A program made the position numbers and the translations under genes. The notes beneath the pieces were generated by a model. The model was not told where the DNA came from. It searched no databases and was given only the letters and a program-made list of their open reading frames with translations. A DNA stretch of 64,000 nt. Source: Candidatus Buchananbacteria bacterium. GTDB lineage: Bacteria; Patescibacteriota; Patescibacteriia; Buchananbacterales; UBA6539. The stretch lies in assembly GCA_013359225.1 (NCBI GenBank), contig JABWCG010000001.1, positions 497,627 to 561,626 on the forward strand. Direction: 5' to 3'. This document shows positions 1 to 9,536 of this stretch, piece after piece (the first letter of the stretch is position 1; the number at the start of each line of letters is the position of its first letter).

Positions 1-2011
1 GCAACACCACCAAATCATTGTCTTCACTGCCTAAAATTGACACATCATACTCATCTCCCTCAATATATTCCTCAATCAAAGCGGGGCTGCCGACATCAAC
101 AATGATTTTTTTTAACTGTTCGCGCAACGCTTCTTTGGTTGTCACGACTGAATCGTTGCTGATACCGATTGAGTTGTCGGTATTCGCCGGCTTGACAATT
201 AAGGGGTAGCGTAAATTTTCATCAATATCGTCATCAATAGTATACGCATAATCCCAGCGCGGGGTTGGAATTTTATGGTATGCTAAAAGCTTTTTAACTC
301 TAATCTTATCAATACACAAACTTAATGTTGAGGGATTTGATCCGGTATATGGAATTTGCAGGATATCGAATAATGAAGCGGCATGAGGTTCAAGCAGACT
401 TGAATTATTAATTCGTTCGCAGACATTAAAAACTAAATCAACATCGCTGGCGCTGAGTTCTTTAAATGCCTTTTCAATATCATTAAAATTGAAAAAAGTT
501 GTTTTGTAGCCGCGCTGCACCAACGCATCTTGGATATTTCGGCCAACAGTCGCCAATTCGTTTTCAACCGCGCCGTCCGACTCATCATAAATGTTGCAGG
601 CAATGCCAATGTGAAGCTTGCGCTTATCTTCAGGAGTAATGCGGCGGAATTTTTCGATTTTTGCAGCATGAATCAAAAGACTTGAGGTCAACGAGGCTTG
701 AGAAAAACTGTTTTTACGCAATGTTTTTCCGATTGAAGACTCTGAAGCAAATCGCGCAACTTCAAACTGCACGCAGCGCAGTGCTTTTTTCAGATTGTCT
801 TGAGCATCCGGCATGCTGTATCCGGAAACGGTAACCCAGCCCAAATATTCGTACCCTTCCGGCGGCACCAAAACTGCGTCTGCTACTTTTTTAAAGAAAT
901 GAACTTCCTCTAAAAATTTGTACTGTTTCAACTCGGCTTTTACTTCCAGCTTTGACAAAATGCCTGAATAATCGGACAAAAAATATGAACCGGCCATATA
1001 CTTCTTTGGCATTTCCGGCCGTTCAATTTTCGGGATATACATCCCCAAGGCAATCTTGACGGCATTCTCAATCAGATCCACCCCCCAGGCACCCTTTACA
1101 AATGAATACACCTCGTCGCCACCCATGCGTAAATTGACTTCAATCGGCACTGGTCCGGTTGGCGTTGATTTCGCCTCAAAATGAATAACGCCGTTTTGAA
1201 CACCAATTTTTTCCAGCACTTCTTCCGCCAGCGAAACCAAATCAGCTTTGATCTTTTCTGATAACCCCGAAGGAATTGACTGGCCAGTCTCAATAAAAAA
1301 CGGCTCTTTAGTTTGGTAGTTGTCAGAAATTGAATGAAATTTAATTTTGCCGTTTTGTAGCACAATATCAATATCTACCTCATCTCCGGCGATATATTCT
1401 TCAGCTAAAATATCAAAACCGTCAGACAATGCCGACTCCACGTGAGTAGACATATTCTTACGAATGTAATCATAGGTGTGAAGCATTTCTTCTTTGTTTT
1501 CAACTTTGACGACATACGCACTGCTCGCACCAAATACCGGCTTAATCACCAATGGGAAACGCAAATCTTCAGGTAAATTATGAATATCGGCGGCCGATTT
1601 GATCAAAATATGTTTTGGCGCCGGCAAACCGGTTTCGCGGCAAAATTCTCGGAACAGGAATTTATTTCGCACCTTGCGCGCCACGGCGTAAGGAATGCCT
1701 ATAAAATTAAACCTGTCGGCAATCCGGGAAGCCAACAAGACATCATCTTCCCAAAAAGTTACAACCCCATCAATTTTTACTTCAGGATGGTCGGCAATGA
1801 AAGCCTTCAAGGCGCCGGCGACTTCGGCATAACTATTTTTTTCGGTTAAAATCCAATGATCAACATACGGCTGAGCCCAGTTTTTTTCTTTATTCAAACA
1901 GACAATTTTTAAACCAAGTTTTTTTAATTTCTGCAAAATAAATCGCTTTTTGATTGAACCGGTGTTCACCAGTAAAATCGTCTTATCTTGAAGCGTGGAA
2001 ATATTTTTCAT
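1..2011 (-). CDS. Tandem ATP-grasp ligase fusion. The N-terminal module is amino-acid-ligase-like and the C-terminal module is D-Ala-D-Ala-ligase-like. The 3' end runs off the window.
   Basis: Absent from the ORF track because there is no stop codon inside the window. Manual minus-strand translation from ATG 2011-2009 (MKNISTLQDKTILLVNTGSIKKRFILQKLKKLGLKIVCL...) stays open to position 1, giving more than 670 aa. Module 1 has ATP-grasp motifs: FPLVIKPVFGASSAYVVKV, EEYIAGDEVDIDIV and HFEAK...PIEVNLRMGGDEV. Module 2 is Ddl-like: VFNVCE...LLEPHAASLFDILQIPYTGSNPSTLSLCIDKIRVKKLL...YPLIVKPANTDNSIGIS...IEEYIEGDEYDVSILG. Confidence 0.6.
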   Translation of the reverse strand, partial: MKNISTLQDKTILLVNTGSIKKRFILQKLKKLGLKIVCLNKEKNWAQPYVDHWILTEKNSYAEVAGALKAFIADHPEVKIDGVVTFWEDDVLLASRIADRFNFIGIPYAVARKVRNKFLFREFCRETGLPAPKHILIKSAADIHNLPEDLRFPLVIKPVFGASSAYVVKVENKEEMLHTYDYIRKNMSTHVESALSDGFDILAEEYIAGDEVDIDIVLQNGKIKFHSISDNYQTKEPFFIETGQSIPSGLSEKIKADLVSLAEEVLEKIGVQNGVIHFEAKSTPTGPVPIEVNLRMGGDEVYSFVKGAWGVDLIENAVKIALGMYIPKIERPEMPKKYMAGSYFLSDYSGILSKLEVKAELKQYKFLEEVHFFKKVADAVLVPPEGYEYLGWVTVSGYSMPDAQDNLKKALRCVQFEVARFASESSIGKTLRKNSFSQASLTSSLLIHAAKIEKFRRITPEDKRKLHIGIACNIYDESDGAVENELATVGRNIQDALVQRGYKTTFFNFNDIEKAFKELSASDVDLVFNVCERINNSSLLEPHAASLFDILQIPYTGSNPSTLSLCIDKIRVKKLLAYHKIPTPRWDYAYTIDDDIDENLRYPLIVKPANTDNSIGISNDSVVTTKEALREQLKKIIVDVGSPALIEEYIEGDEYDVSILGSEDNDLVVL

Positions 2012-2015
2012 ACGA

Positions 2016-3401
2016 TTAAAGCTTTTTTATCTCCTCCTGATAAATATGAATCAATTTTTCTTTAATAAATTCAGGAATAGTGGCCGTCTCATGAATAGTC
2101 AAAAATTTTTCACGCAACTCTGGCTCCCGTTTTTCTGCTTCAACCAAATATTCCTCTTTAAATAAATCAATTAGTGCTCCCCGCGCCCCCCGGCGATATG
2201 CAAACAAAAACGACAGTAACTGTTCATCACGAACTGCTGTCGGTTTTTCATACACCCGTTTAACATTTTTATTAAATAAGGGGTACAAGTCTTTATATTC
2301 TTGCTTAAAGAAATCACGATTGAAACCAATCTGCTCTGCCCGACCGCCGACGGCGACAAGATACAAAAATGCTTTGGCACACATTGGACAGCCATAGCAC
2401 CATTTGTCAGGGTCAGTTTCTTTAGGCGAACACGACATCATGTACTTTAACAGTTTTGGATAACGATTCACCAAAAGTGCCATTTCAACGATGTTATAAA
2501 TTGGTTCAACCAGACTTGCAATCTGAATCTTGCCGGATGTCAAACAATCAAAAAGACGATTTTCTTCTTTAGCGTATAAAATACTCTGATCAAATGACGG
2601 ATAAATCTTATATGAACCGTCCGGATAGTAATCACTAAAATTAGCCTCATTGCCAAATAATAAATATTTGGCGCGATAGTAACAGGCAAACGGCGCCAAC
2701 TCCAGTGCAAATGCCAGCATACCGTTGGTGTTCTCCAAATCTTCAACTTTTCGCGCGAACTTTAGATCAAAAAATATCTCATCAATATTGTCAGTCAGAA
2801 AATCAATTGAAACATTTTCCTCCGCGGTGAAATCAGCTATGATGGCATTCTTGAATTTTTCTTCTGCGCTGTTTAACTCCTCCATTTCTTTAACGTATAC
2901 TAATCGGAAGCTGAGTCCTAATTCCTGAGCCAGACCATACGACAACAAGCTGTCTTTACCAAACGACAAAGCTAAAATCGCTTTGTCGTTTTCAGTAGTA
3001 ACCGCAATTGTCCCGTTGGTTAAATCAGTTTGTTTAAAAATTTCTTTTTCTTCGTTATCCCGATACATGTCTAGTAGCTCAGCAATGCTAACATTACTTA
3101 AATAAGCTAAGCGCGGAATGTCTCCCACAATACCGTAGCTGACCAATTCTTTATTTATCGGTCTAGACAATCGATAAGGCAAAACTTCGTCAGTCTGCAA
3201 TGAAAGCGATTTGGTCCGGCAATAAATAAAATTCTCTGCCAAAACCCGTTTAGCCTTTTGGTCCAAAGTCCGATAGATGGCCAGAGGATATTTAACCGTA
3301 TACCCTCTGCCCAAAATTTCAACACGAAAACCATCTTCATCAATATGATAAGAGATGTCTGTTCCCTCAACTTCAAAACGTTGACCCTGATCAGTTGTCA
3401 T
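2016..3401 (-). CDS. PP-loop ATP pyrophosphatase superfamily protein of unknown specificity (adenine-nucleotide alpha-hydrolase fold).
   Basis: 461-aa ORF with a SFGKDS motif (SGGxDS-type PP-loop) about 140 residues in. A C-terminal Cys cluster reads WCYGCPMCAKAF. Its stop lies 4 nt upstream of the ATP-grasp start. Confidence 0.5.
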   Translation of the reverse strand: MTTDQGQRFEVEGTDISYHIDEDGFRVEILGRGYTVKYPLAIYRTLDQKAKRVLAENFIYCRTKSLSLQTDEVLPYRLSRPINKELVSYGIVGDIPRLAYLSNVSIAELLDMYRDNEEKEIFKQTDLTNGTIAVTTENDKAILALSFGKDSLLSYGLAQELGLSFRLVYVKEMEELNSAEEKFKNAIIADFTAEENVSIDFLTDNIDEIFFDLKFARKVEDLENTNGMLAFALELAPFACYYRAKYLLFGNEANFSDYYPDGSYKIYPSFDQSILYAKEENRLFDCLTSGKIQIASLVEPIYNIVEMALLVNRYPKLLKYMMSCSPKETDPDKWCYGCPMCAKAFLYLVAVGGRAEQIGFNRDFFKQEYKDLYPLFNKNVKRVYEKPTAVRDEQLLSFLFAYRRGARGALIDLFKEEYLVEAEKREPELREKFLTIHETATIPEFIKEKLIHIYQEEIKKL

Positions 3402-3445
3402 GAAAACCTGTACAATCGTTGAAATAAAAAGCTTTTAGTCCTTAA

Positions 3446-3474
3446 ATTATAAGAGTTATTAAAAAATAAAACAA
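3446..3474 (-). promoter_or_regulatory. Candidate sigma-70 promoter for the PP-loop/ATP-grasp operon.
   Basis: On the minus strand, TTGTTT (-35, 3469-3474), a 17-nt spacer and TATAAT (-10, 3446-3451) lie about 45 nt upstream of ATG 3401. Confidence 0.3.
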
Positions 3475-3532
3475 TAGCTTTTGGCCCAAAAATGGCCTGA
3501 CTACCAAATTTAAATATAATAAAAGAGCCATC

Positions 3533-3608
3533 TGCTCTGGGGGTGGGATTCGAACCCACAACCAATGGATTAACAGTCCACTGCTCTACCATTGAGCTAC
3601 CCCAGAGC
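3533..3608 (-). tRNA. tRNA-Asn (anticodon GTT).
   Basis: 76-nt cloverleaf read on the minus strand: GCTCTGGGGTAGCTCAATGGTAGAGC...GGACTGTTAATCC...GGGTTCGAATCCCACCCCCAGAGCA. The anticodon loop CTGTTAA gives GTT. A 10-bp perfect inverted repeat (3522-3531 / 3611-3620) flanks the gene. Confidence 0.85.
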
Positions 3609-3631
3609 ACATGGCTCTTTCTTTAAAATAA

Positions 3632-4864
3632 CTAGTAGTCTTTTAATTTATCAATCAAATGATGCTTTTCAATTTTTTCCAGAGCCTTAGCCTCAATCTG
3701 TCTAATGCGCTCACGAGTAACATCAAACTCCTGACCGACTTCTTCTAATGTATGAGACACTCCGTCTTTCAAGCCAAACCGCATTTCCAAGATTTTCTGC
3801 TCACGCGGCGTCAGGTTCTGGATTACCTCGTTAACATAATCGCGAAGCAGCTGTAATGCCGCCGCCCGATCCGGGGTAACGGTTCGAACATCTTCAATAA
3901 AGTCTTCCAAGGTACTATCCTCATCGTCTTCACCAACCGAAGTCTCAATGGAAATGGTGTCTTGACTTATTTTAATAATATGAAGAACTTTGTCAAGCGT
4001 TTCACCCATTTCAGCGGCAATTTCTTCCGGCAAGGGCTCGCGGCCTAAATCCTGAATCAGCTGGCGTTCAGCCTGCTTAAACTTATTAATTGTTTCAACC
4101 ATATGCACCGGAATGCGGATTGTCCGCGACTGGTCGGCCAAGGCCCGGGTGATTGCCTGTCTGATCCACCATGTGGCATAAGTTGAAAATTTATAGCCGC
4201 GACGGTAGTCAAATTTCTCAACCGCCCGAAACAAACCAATATTGCCCTCTTGGATTAAATCCAATAAGGATAAACTCTTACCGGTAAACCGTTTGGCAAT
4301 TGAAACAACCAACCGCAAGTTGGCTTCAATCAATCGGCGTTTAGCTTCCTTATCGCCACGTTCGGCTTTTTTGGCCAAAGTGATTTCTTCTTCCGGCTTC
4401 AATAGCGGCACTTTTCCGATTTCACGCAAATACATTTGGATTGAATCAGCAGAAATATCGGAAATATCAATCCGCTTTTTCTGCTTGTTATTCAAGCCCA
4501 CCTTAGTTAAAATCTCATTTCGCTTTTCATCACTATCAAGCAGCCCAGTTTCTGATTCAATAATTGTGACGCCCAACTGATCAACTTTATACAAAAAGAA
4601 TTCATACTCGTCCAAATATTCTTCAACTTCCGGAAAAGCATACAATAATTCCGTTTCCGTAATAAACGTTCTGGTTCGACCCTTATTAAGCAGCTTTTCA
4701 ATAAGCTGCTCGTTTGGCCGCGACTTACTTTTACGCACACCCTTAAGGTCAACTTTCTTTTTTGAAACCTTTTCGGCCTTCTTGCCTTTTTTAGCCACCG
4801 GTTTTGCTTTGGCTGCTTTTTTGGCAGCTGGTTTTTTTATTGTCGACTTCTTTTTAGGTGACAT
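3632..4864 (-). CDS. rpoD: RNA polymerase primary sigma factor (sigma-70 family).
   Basis: Region 2 and region 4 motifs are present: [29 protein letters not shown] and [27 protein letters not shown]. The N-terminus is Lys-rich. It sits in the classic dnaG-rpoD arrangement. Confidence 0.9.
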   Translation of the reverse strand: MSPKKKSTIKKPAAKKAAKAKPVAKKGKKAEKVSKKKVDLKGVRKSKSRPNEQLIEKLLNKGRTRTFITETELLYAFPEVEEYLDEYEFFLYKVDQLGVTIIESETGLLDSDEKRNEILTKVGLNNKQKKRIDISDISADSIQMYLREIGKVPLLKPEEEITLAKKAERGDKEAKRRLIEANLRLVVSIAKRFTGKSLSLLDLIQEGNIGLFRAVEKFDYRRGYKFSTYATWWIRQAITRALADQSRTIRIPVHMVETINKFKQAERQLIQDLGREPLPEEIAAEMGETLDKVLHIIKISQDTISIETSVGEDDEDSTLEDFIEDVRTVTPDRAAALQLLRDYVNEVIQNLTPREQKILEMRFGLKDGVSHTLEEVGQEFDVTRERIRQIEAKALEKIEKHHLIDKLKDY

Positions 4865-4887
4865 GAAATAAAAAATTATTTTAAAAT

Positions 4888-6675
4888 TTAGCCCAATATA
4901 TTAAGTTTGGTGAGCACCTGGGTATATTCCGCCATCAAGGCTTTAACTTTCTCATCCTGTTTATCGTCTTCCGCCTGCTTAATCTGGGTGCTGATGCGCC
5001 TCAAGCTTTCTGAGTAATACGCTTTTTTGGCAAAATTAATTGATGTCATAAGTTCCCGACTAATGGCATCAGAATCAAAATCAAAAAAATCCTTCTCAAT
5101 TAAGAGAACGAGTTTATCTGCTAGTTGGTCCAGTTTACTCTCTTTAAGCACTGCCTGAAAACTGGAATAATCAAATGCTTTAACATCTCCTTGAATGTTT
5201 TCAGTATAATAAATTATCAATCGTTTGTAAAGGTCTTGTAGAGTTGCTTCTTCAATAATGTCAGGACTCAGGTTATTCACCAAATATTCAAGGTTGTCAG
5301 GATACTTTAAGGCGATACCGATAATTTGTTCAACCAGCATCAATGATCGACTCCGAACCCTGGCTTTAGCTTCTTGAATGGTTCGAGTTTGCGGTTTTGG
5401 TTCACCAGGTGTCAAAGAATCGCGCAAAATGTTTTCAGCAACATTAAGCCGGCCGGCCAATTTTTGCAGCCAATGGGTTTGCTCAATTTTATTGCCAATT
5501 TTTGCAATAACCGGCAATAAAATTTTGGCTGCTTGTTTTTTATCCTCAACTTTTTCCAAACTTAAATTCGCAAAAGTCTGACTAAAATAATAATCCATGA
5601 TTGATCTGGCTTCAGTCACGGCCTTAAACCAGTCTTGCGGATTGTTTTTAATACACGCATCCGGATCTTTGCCGCTGGGTAGAATAATCACCCTAACACT
5701 CATCTCTTCTGCCAAAGCCAAGTCAATACCTCTTTTAGCGGCGACCTGGCCGGCGGCATCGGCATCAAAAGCCATTGCCAAATTTTTAGTATAGCGTTTT
5801 AAAATTCTGATCTGATCAAGCGTCAGCGCTGTCCCGGAGCTAGCAATCACGTTTTTGGTTCCGGCCTGATACGCCGACAGGGCGTCCATTTGTCCCTCAA
5901 CAATAATAGCCGAGTCTTTGCTTTTAATTTCATTTTTGGCTTTGTCCAGGTTAAACAAGGCTAAACTTTTGTTATACACTATTGTTTGGGGAGTATTGAT
6001 ATATTTTCCGCCCTTTTCATCCGCCTTAAGCGTCCGACCGGAAAAACCAATAGTACTGCCATGCAAATCGTTAATCGGAAACATCAGACGGTCGCGAAAT
6101 CGATCATAAAATCCTTGTCCCCGCTCCTTTTTTACCGACAGCCCGGCCAAAAAAATATCTTGATCCGTAAACTTTTTTGATTTTAAAAATTGTATTACCG
6201 CGTCCCAGGAATCAACAGCATACCCGATTTGAAACTCGCTAACCATCTGTTCGCTCACCCCGCGGCGTTTAAGGTATTCGCGAGCCTTAACAGCTTGGGC
6301 CGATTCCAAAAGCGTTTGGTGCCAAAATCGGCTGGCTGATTGCAAAATATCCAACAGTCTATTTTTCTGGCTTTCCAGTTTCGGATCTTGTGCCACCAAC
6401 GTCACACCCGCCTTCTGGGCAAGAATTCGCAGGGCTTCAATAAATTCAATGTTTTCCATCTTTTGAACAAAACTCAAAATATCGCCACCCTCATTACAAC
6501 CAAAACAATGCCAAATCTGCTTATCTTTAGACACCATAAAAGACGGACTCTTTTCATTATGAAAAGGGCACAAAGCCCTCCAATTATTCGGCCCGGCTGG
6601 TTTGAGCCTGATATATTCAGAAATCAGCTCAACGATGTCAATTCTGGCCTTTATTTCTTCAATTTGTCCTGGCAT
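4888..6675 (-). CDS. dnaG: DNA primase.
   Basis: Zn-ribbon [30 protein letters not shown], a TOPRIM region ([11 protein letters not shown]) and a position immediately upstream of rpoD. Confidence 0.9.
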   Translation of the reverse strand: MPGQIEEIKARIDIVELISEYIRLKPAGPNNWRALCPFHNEKSPSFMVSKDKQIWHCFGCNEGGDILSFVQKMENIEFIEALRILAQKAGVTLVAQDPKLESQKNRLLDILQSASRFWHQTLLESAQAVKAREYLKRRGVSEQMVSEFQIGYAVDSWDAVIQFLKSKKFTDQDIFLAGLSVKKERGQGFYDRFRDRLMFPINDLHGSTIGFSGRTLKADEKGGKYINTPQTIVYNKSLALFNLDKAKNEIKSKDSAIIVEGQMDALSAYQAGTKNVIASSGTALTLDQIRILKRYTKNLAMAFDADAAGQVAAKRGIDLALAEEMSVRVIILPSGKDPDACIKNNPQDWFKAVTEARSIMDYYFSQTFANLSLEKVEDKKQAAKILLPVIAKIGNKIEQTHWLQKLAGRLNVAENILRDSLTPGEPKPQTRTIQEAKARVRSRSLMLVEQIIGIALKYPDNLEYLVNNLSPDIIEEATLQDLYKRLIIYYTENIQGDVKAFDYSSFQAVLKESKLDQLADKLVLLIEKDFFDFDSDAISRELMTSINFAKKAYYSESLRRISTQIKQAEDDKQDEKVKALMAEYTQVLTKLNILG

Positions 6676-6719
6676 AGAGCATACTCATTTTACTGAATTG
6701 ACCTAATTTAAGCAAGAAA

Positions 6720-6748
6720 TTGACTAATCAAGACTTTTTTGCTTTAAT
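6720..6748 (+). promoter_or_regulatory. Candidate promoter for tRNA-Ser(TGA) and the P-type ATPase.
   Basis: TTGACT (6720-6725), a 17-nt spacer and TTTAAT (6743-6748), about 22 nt upstream of the tRNA 5' end. Confidence 0.3.
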
Positions 6749-6770
6749 ACATTAGTATCTCCTGCAGAAC

Positions 6771-6858
6771 GGAAGGGTGACAGAGTGGTCGAATGTGACG
6801 GTCTTGAAAACCGTTGAGGCGCAAAACGTCTCCGTGGGTTCGAATCCCACCCCTTCCG
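6771..6858 (+). tRNA. tRNA-Ser (anticodon TGA).
   Basis: GGAAGGGTGACAGAGTGGTCGAATG...CTTGAAAACCG...long variable arm...GGGTTCGAATCCCACCCCTTCCG. The anticodon loop CTTGAAA gives TGA. The 88-nt length and long variable arm are Ser-type. Direct repeat TCCTGCAGAA flanks both ends. Confidence 0.85.
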
Positions 6859-6944
6859 TCCTGCAGAAGATCTCCAAACACCCGACTGATATCATTCTGT
6901 CGGGTTTTTTGATAAAATTAAATCAGTATTACTCTTACGACTCT

Positions 6945-9482
6945 ATGGAAAAAAACACCTCGCCCTTTGAATACGCCACCATCAATATTAAGGAATTGCT
7001 TAGTGTCCTTAATACCAGTCAAACCAAAGGTCTTGACAGCAAAGAAGCTAAAAAAAGGTCTTCTCAGGCGGGCCCCAACCAGTTGGAAAATCATCAAACA
7101 AAATGGTGGCATATTTTAGGCAGACAGTTTAAATCTCCTTTTATCTACTTACTAATCGCCGCCGGGCTGGTGGCGTTCTCACTGGGCGGGCAGCTTGATG
7201 CCGCGTTTATTTTTATTTTTATTTTTATTAATACTGTACTTGGTTTCTACCAAGAATTTCGGTCCGATCGATCACTGAAACTACTTAAGAATTATTTAGT
7301 AGCTCACACCACTGTTATTCGTTCAGGCCACCACGAAAATATTGATGTTCGGCAACTCGTCGTCGGCGATGTCGTTGATCTAAAATCAGGTGACATTGTT
7401 CCGGCCGACTGTCGAGTTTTAAAAACGGAAGGCTTAAGTGTCAATGAATCAATCCTGACCGGTGAATCAATAACCGTCAACAAAATTCCGGAAGTCTTAG
7501 ACCAAAAACCGACTGAAATTTATCAAGCAAGAAATATCATTTTTGCCGGTACTACAATTGCGTCCGGATCAGTGAAAGCCGTAGTCGTCGGTATTGGCCG
7601 TGCGACCACAATTGGCTCCATTGCCAAACTAACGGCCGAAACCGCCAAGGAAAGTGAATTTTCTAAGGGCATCGGCAAACTAAGCTCATTTATCCTGCGC
7701 TTAGTATCTTTGACGATTGTAATCGTTTTTTTGGCAAACATTATCGTCAAAGGTGACCAAGTCAACGTTGGCCAGCTTTTGGTTTTCTCCATCGCCTTAG
7801 CCGTATCCGTCATCCCTGAAGCACTGCCGGTTGTCTCCACTTTTTCGCTATCGCGCGGCGCATTATTACTGGCAAAAAAGAAGGTAGTTGTGAAACGACT
7901 GTCAGCGATTGAAGACTTGGGCGGCATTGATGTGCTGTGTACCGACAAAACCGGTACCATCACCGAAAACCGCCTAACCATCGTTGATCAACTAAAGGCT
8001 CAAAATCATAACCATCTTGTGGCCTATGGCGCGCTGAGTGCTCCTGAGCTAAAAACTAAAAAATCAGCCGACCCATTTGATACCGCCTTCAGTTTGGCGT
8101 TAACTGCTGAGGATAAAAAATTTATCAGATCCTGCAAACTAGTTGAAGAAATCCCATTTGATCCGATTAGAAGGCGAAACAGCGTCTTGGTAAAACATGA
8201 AAACAAAAATCTTTTGATCGTCCGCGGCGCTCCGGAGGAATTAATCAAACTCAGCATCAAAAAAAAATCTGGCGCATACCACGCTTGGATTAAAGATCAA
8301 GGCAAGCTCGGTCGCCGCGTTTTAGCTTTGGCCACCAAAGAGCTTGGCGAAAATCAAACCGTTGATCTCTTTGCTCAAGAACACGATCTTGATCTGGCTG
8401 GCTTTATCGCCTTTGAAGATCCAATCAAATCTACCACCAAACAGGCGGTAACCAAGGCCCGTGATTTGGGAGTTCAGGTTAAAATTATTACCGGCGACGC
8501 ACCGGAAGTAGCCGGCGCCGTAGCCGTTCATATTGGGCTAATTGACGACCCGACAAAAGTTATTACCGGCGACCAGTTTAATGATTTAGATCCGGAACAA
8601 CAAAAACACGCCGCCGAAACATACGCAGTCTTTGCCCGAATTTCACCGGAACAAAAACACCAGATTGTTTCATTATTGGATCAGACCCGTAGCGTCGGCT
8701 TTTTGGGCGAAGGAGTCAACGACGCTCCCGCACTCAAAGCCGCAACCGTTTCCCTGGTTGTTCAAAGCGGCTCGGATATTTCACGCGAAGCCGCCGACGT
8801 CATCCTGCTACAAAAAAGTCTGGCGGTGATTATTGATGGCATTCAGGAAGGCCGACAAGTCTTTGCCAACACTCTTAAATACATTCGGGCGACGCTTTCC
8901 TCAAACTTTGGTAATTTTTATGCGGTTGCTATCAGCTCGCTTTTTATTGATTTTCTACCGATGCTTCCTGTCCAAATCCTACTGTTAAATCTATTGTCTG
9001 ATTTCCCAATGATCAGTATTGCCGCTGACACTACCGGCCCTGAGGATGTTGCCCGACCCCAGCGCTACAACATTAAAGAGTTGGCGATGACTTCAAGCCT
9101 ACACGGCATTATTAGCACCGTCTTTGATTTTATTTTCTTTGCCCTATACTTTCGCATTTCCGCCGACGTACTGCAAACCAACTGGTTTGTCGCCAGCATT
9201 ATCACCGAACTCGTATTCTTATTTTCAATTCGGACCAAAAAATTTGCATTAACGGCCCCGCGTCCCGCACCGTTGATTATTTGGCTTTCAAGCCTGGCGT
9301 TTATGGCGACGTTGATTATACCGTTTACCGCCATCGGACACGATGTCTTCCACTTTGTTTCACCGTCGATTAATCACCTGGCCACGATCCTTATTTTAAC
9401 CGCCGTCTACTTTATGGTTAACGAAATCGTTAAACTGTTTTACCAGCGAATCTTCAACAACCAGCTTGAAAAAACCGCCTAA
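6945..9482 (+). CDS. Cation-transporting P-type ATPase (Ca2+/Mg2+-type P2/P3 family).
   Basis: Phosphorylation motif CTDKTGTIT, hinge GEGVNDAPALK and a PEAL variant of the PEGL motif, with multiple TM helices. The ORF-track start at 6777 overlaps the tRNA. ATG at 6945 (MEKNTSPFEY) is the likely true start. Confidence 0.85.
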   Translation: MEKNTSPFEYATINIKELLSVLNTSQTKGLDSKEAKKRSSQAGPNQLENHQTKWWHILGRQFKSPFIYLLIAAGLVAFSLGGQLDAAFIFIFIFINTVLGFYQEFRSDRSLKLLKNYLVAHTTVIRSGHHENIDVRQLVVGDVVDLKSGDIVPADCRVLKTEGLSVNESILTGESITVNKIPEVLDQKPTEIYQARNIIFAGTTIASGSVKAVVVGIGRATTIGSIAKLTAETAKESEFSKGIGKLSSFILRLVSLTIVIVFLANIIVKGDQVNVGQLLVFSIALAVSVIPEALPVVSTFSLSRGALLLAKKKVVVKRLSAIEDLGGIDVLCTDKTGTITENRLTIVDQLKAQNHNHLVAYGALSAPELKTKKSADPFDTAFSLALTAEDKKFIRSCKLVEEIPFDPIRRRNSVLVKHENKNLLIVRGAPEELIKLSIKKKSGAYHAWIKDQGKLGRRVLALATKELGENQTVDLFAQEHDLDLAGFIAFEDPIKSTTKQAVTKARDLGVQVKIITGDAPEVAGAVAVHIGLIDDPTKVITGDQFNDLDPEQQKHAAETYAVFARISPEQKHQIVSLLDQTRSVGFLGEGVNDAPALKAATVSLVVQSGSDISREAADVILLQKSLAVIIDGIQEGRQVFANTLKYIRATLSSNFGNFYAVAISSLFIDFLPMLPVQILLLNLLSDFPMISIAADTTGPEDVARPQRYNIKELAMTSSLHGIISTVFDFIFFALYFRISADVLQTNWFVASIITELVFLFSIRTKKFALTAPRPAPLIIWLSSLAFMATLIIPFTAIGHDVFHFVSPSINHLATILILTAVYFMVNEIVKLFYQRIFNNQLEKTA

Positions 9483-9536
9483 ATTATTTATAATAATGAA
9501 GTCTTAATCACCTAAAGAGTATTTAACTATAAATAT

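Noticed and set aside
1-2015. Absence of long ORFs in the ORF track over the first 2 kb, which might suggest a non-standard genetic code, a pseudogene or a non-coding element.
   Set aside because: Manual translation shows one uninterrupted minus-strand reading frame from ATG 2011 to position 1. The ORF finder requires a stop codon inside the window, so it missed the gene. No recoding is needed, and the rest of the window translates cleanly with the standard code.
6777-6944. ORF-track N-terminal extension of the P-type ATPase (MTEWSNVTVL...), and similarly 10927-11031 for the SRPBCC gene.
   Set aside because: The extensions begin at GTG codons inside tRNA-Ser genes and simply read through tRNA sequence (the VGSNPTP pattern). 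The true starts are ATG 6945 and ATG 11032, and ATG 11032 has a good RBS.
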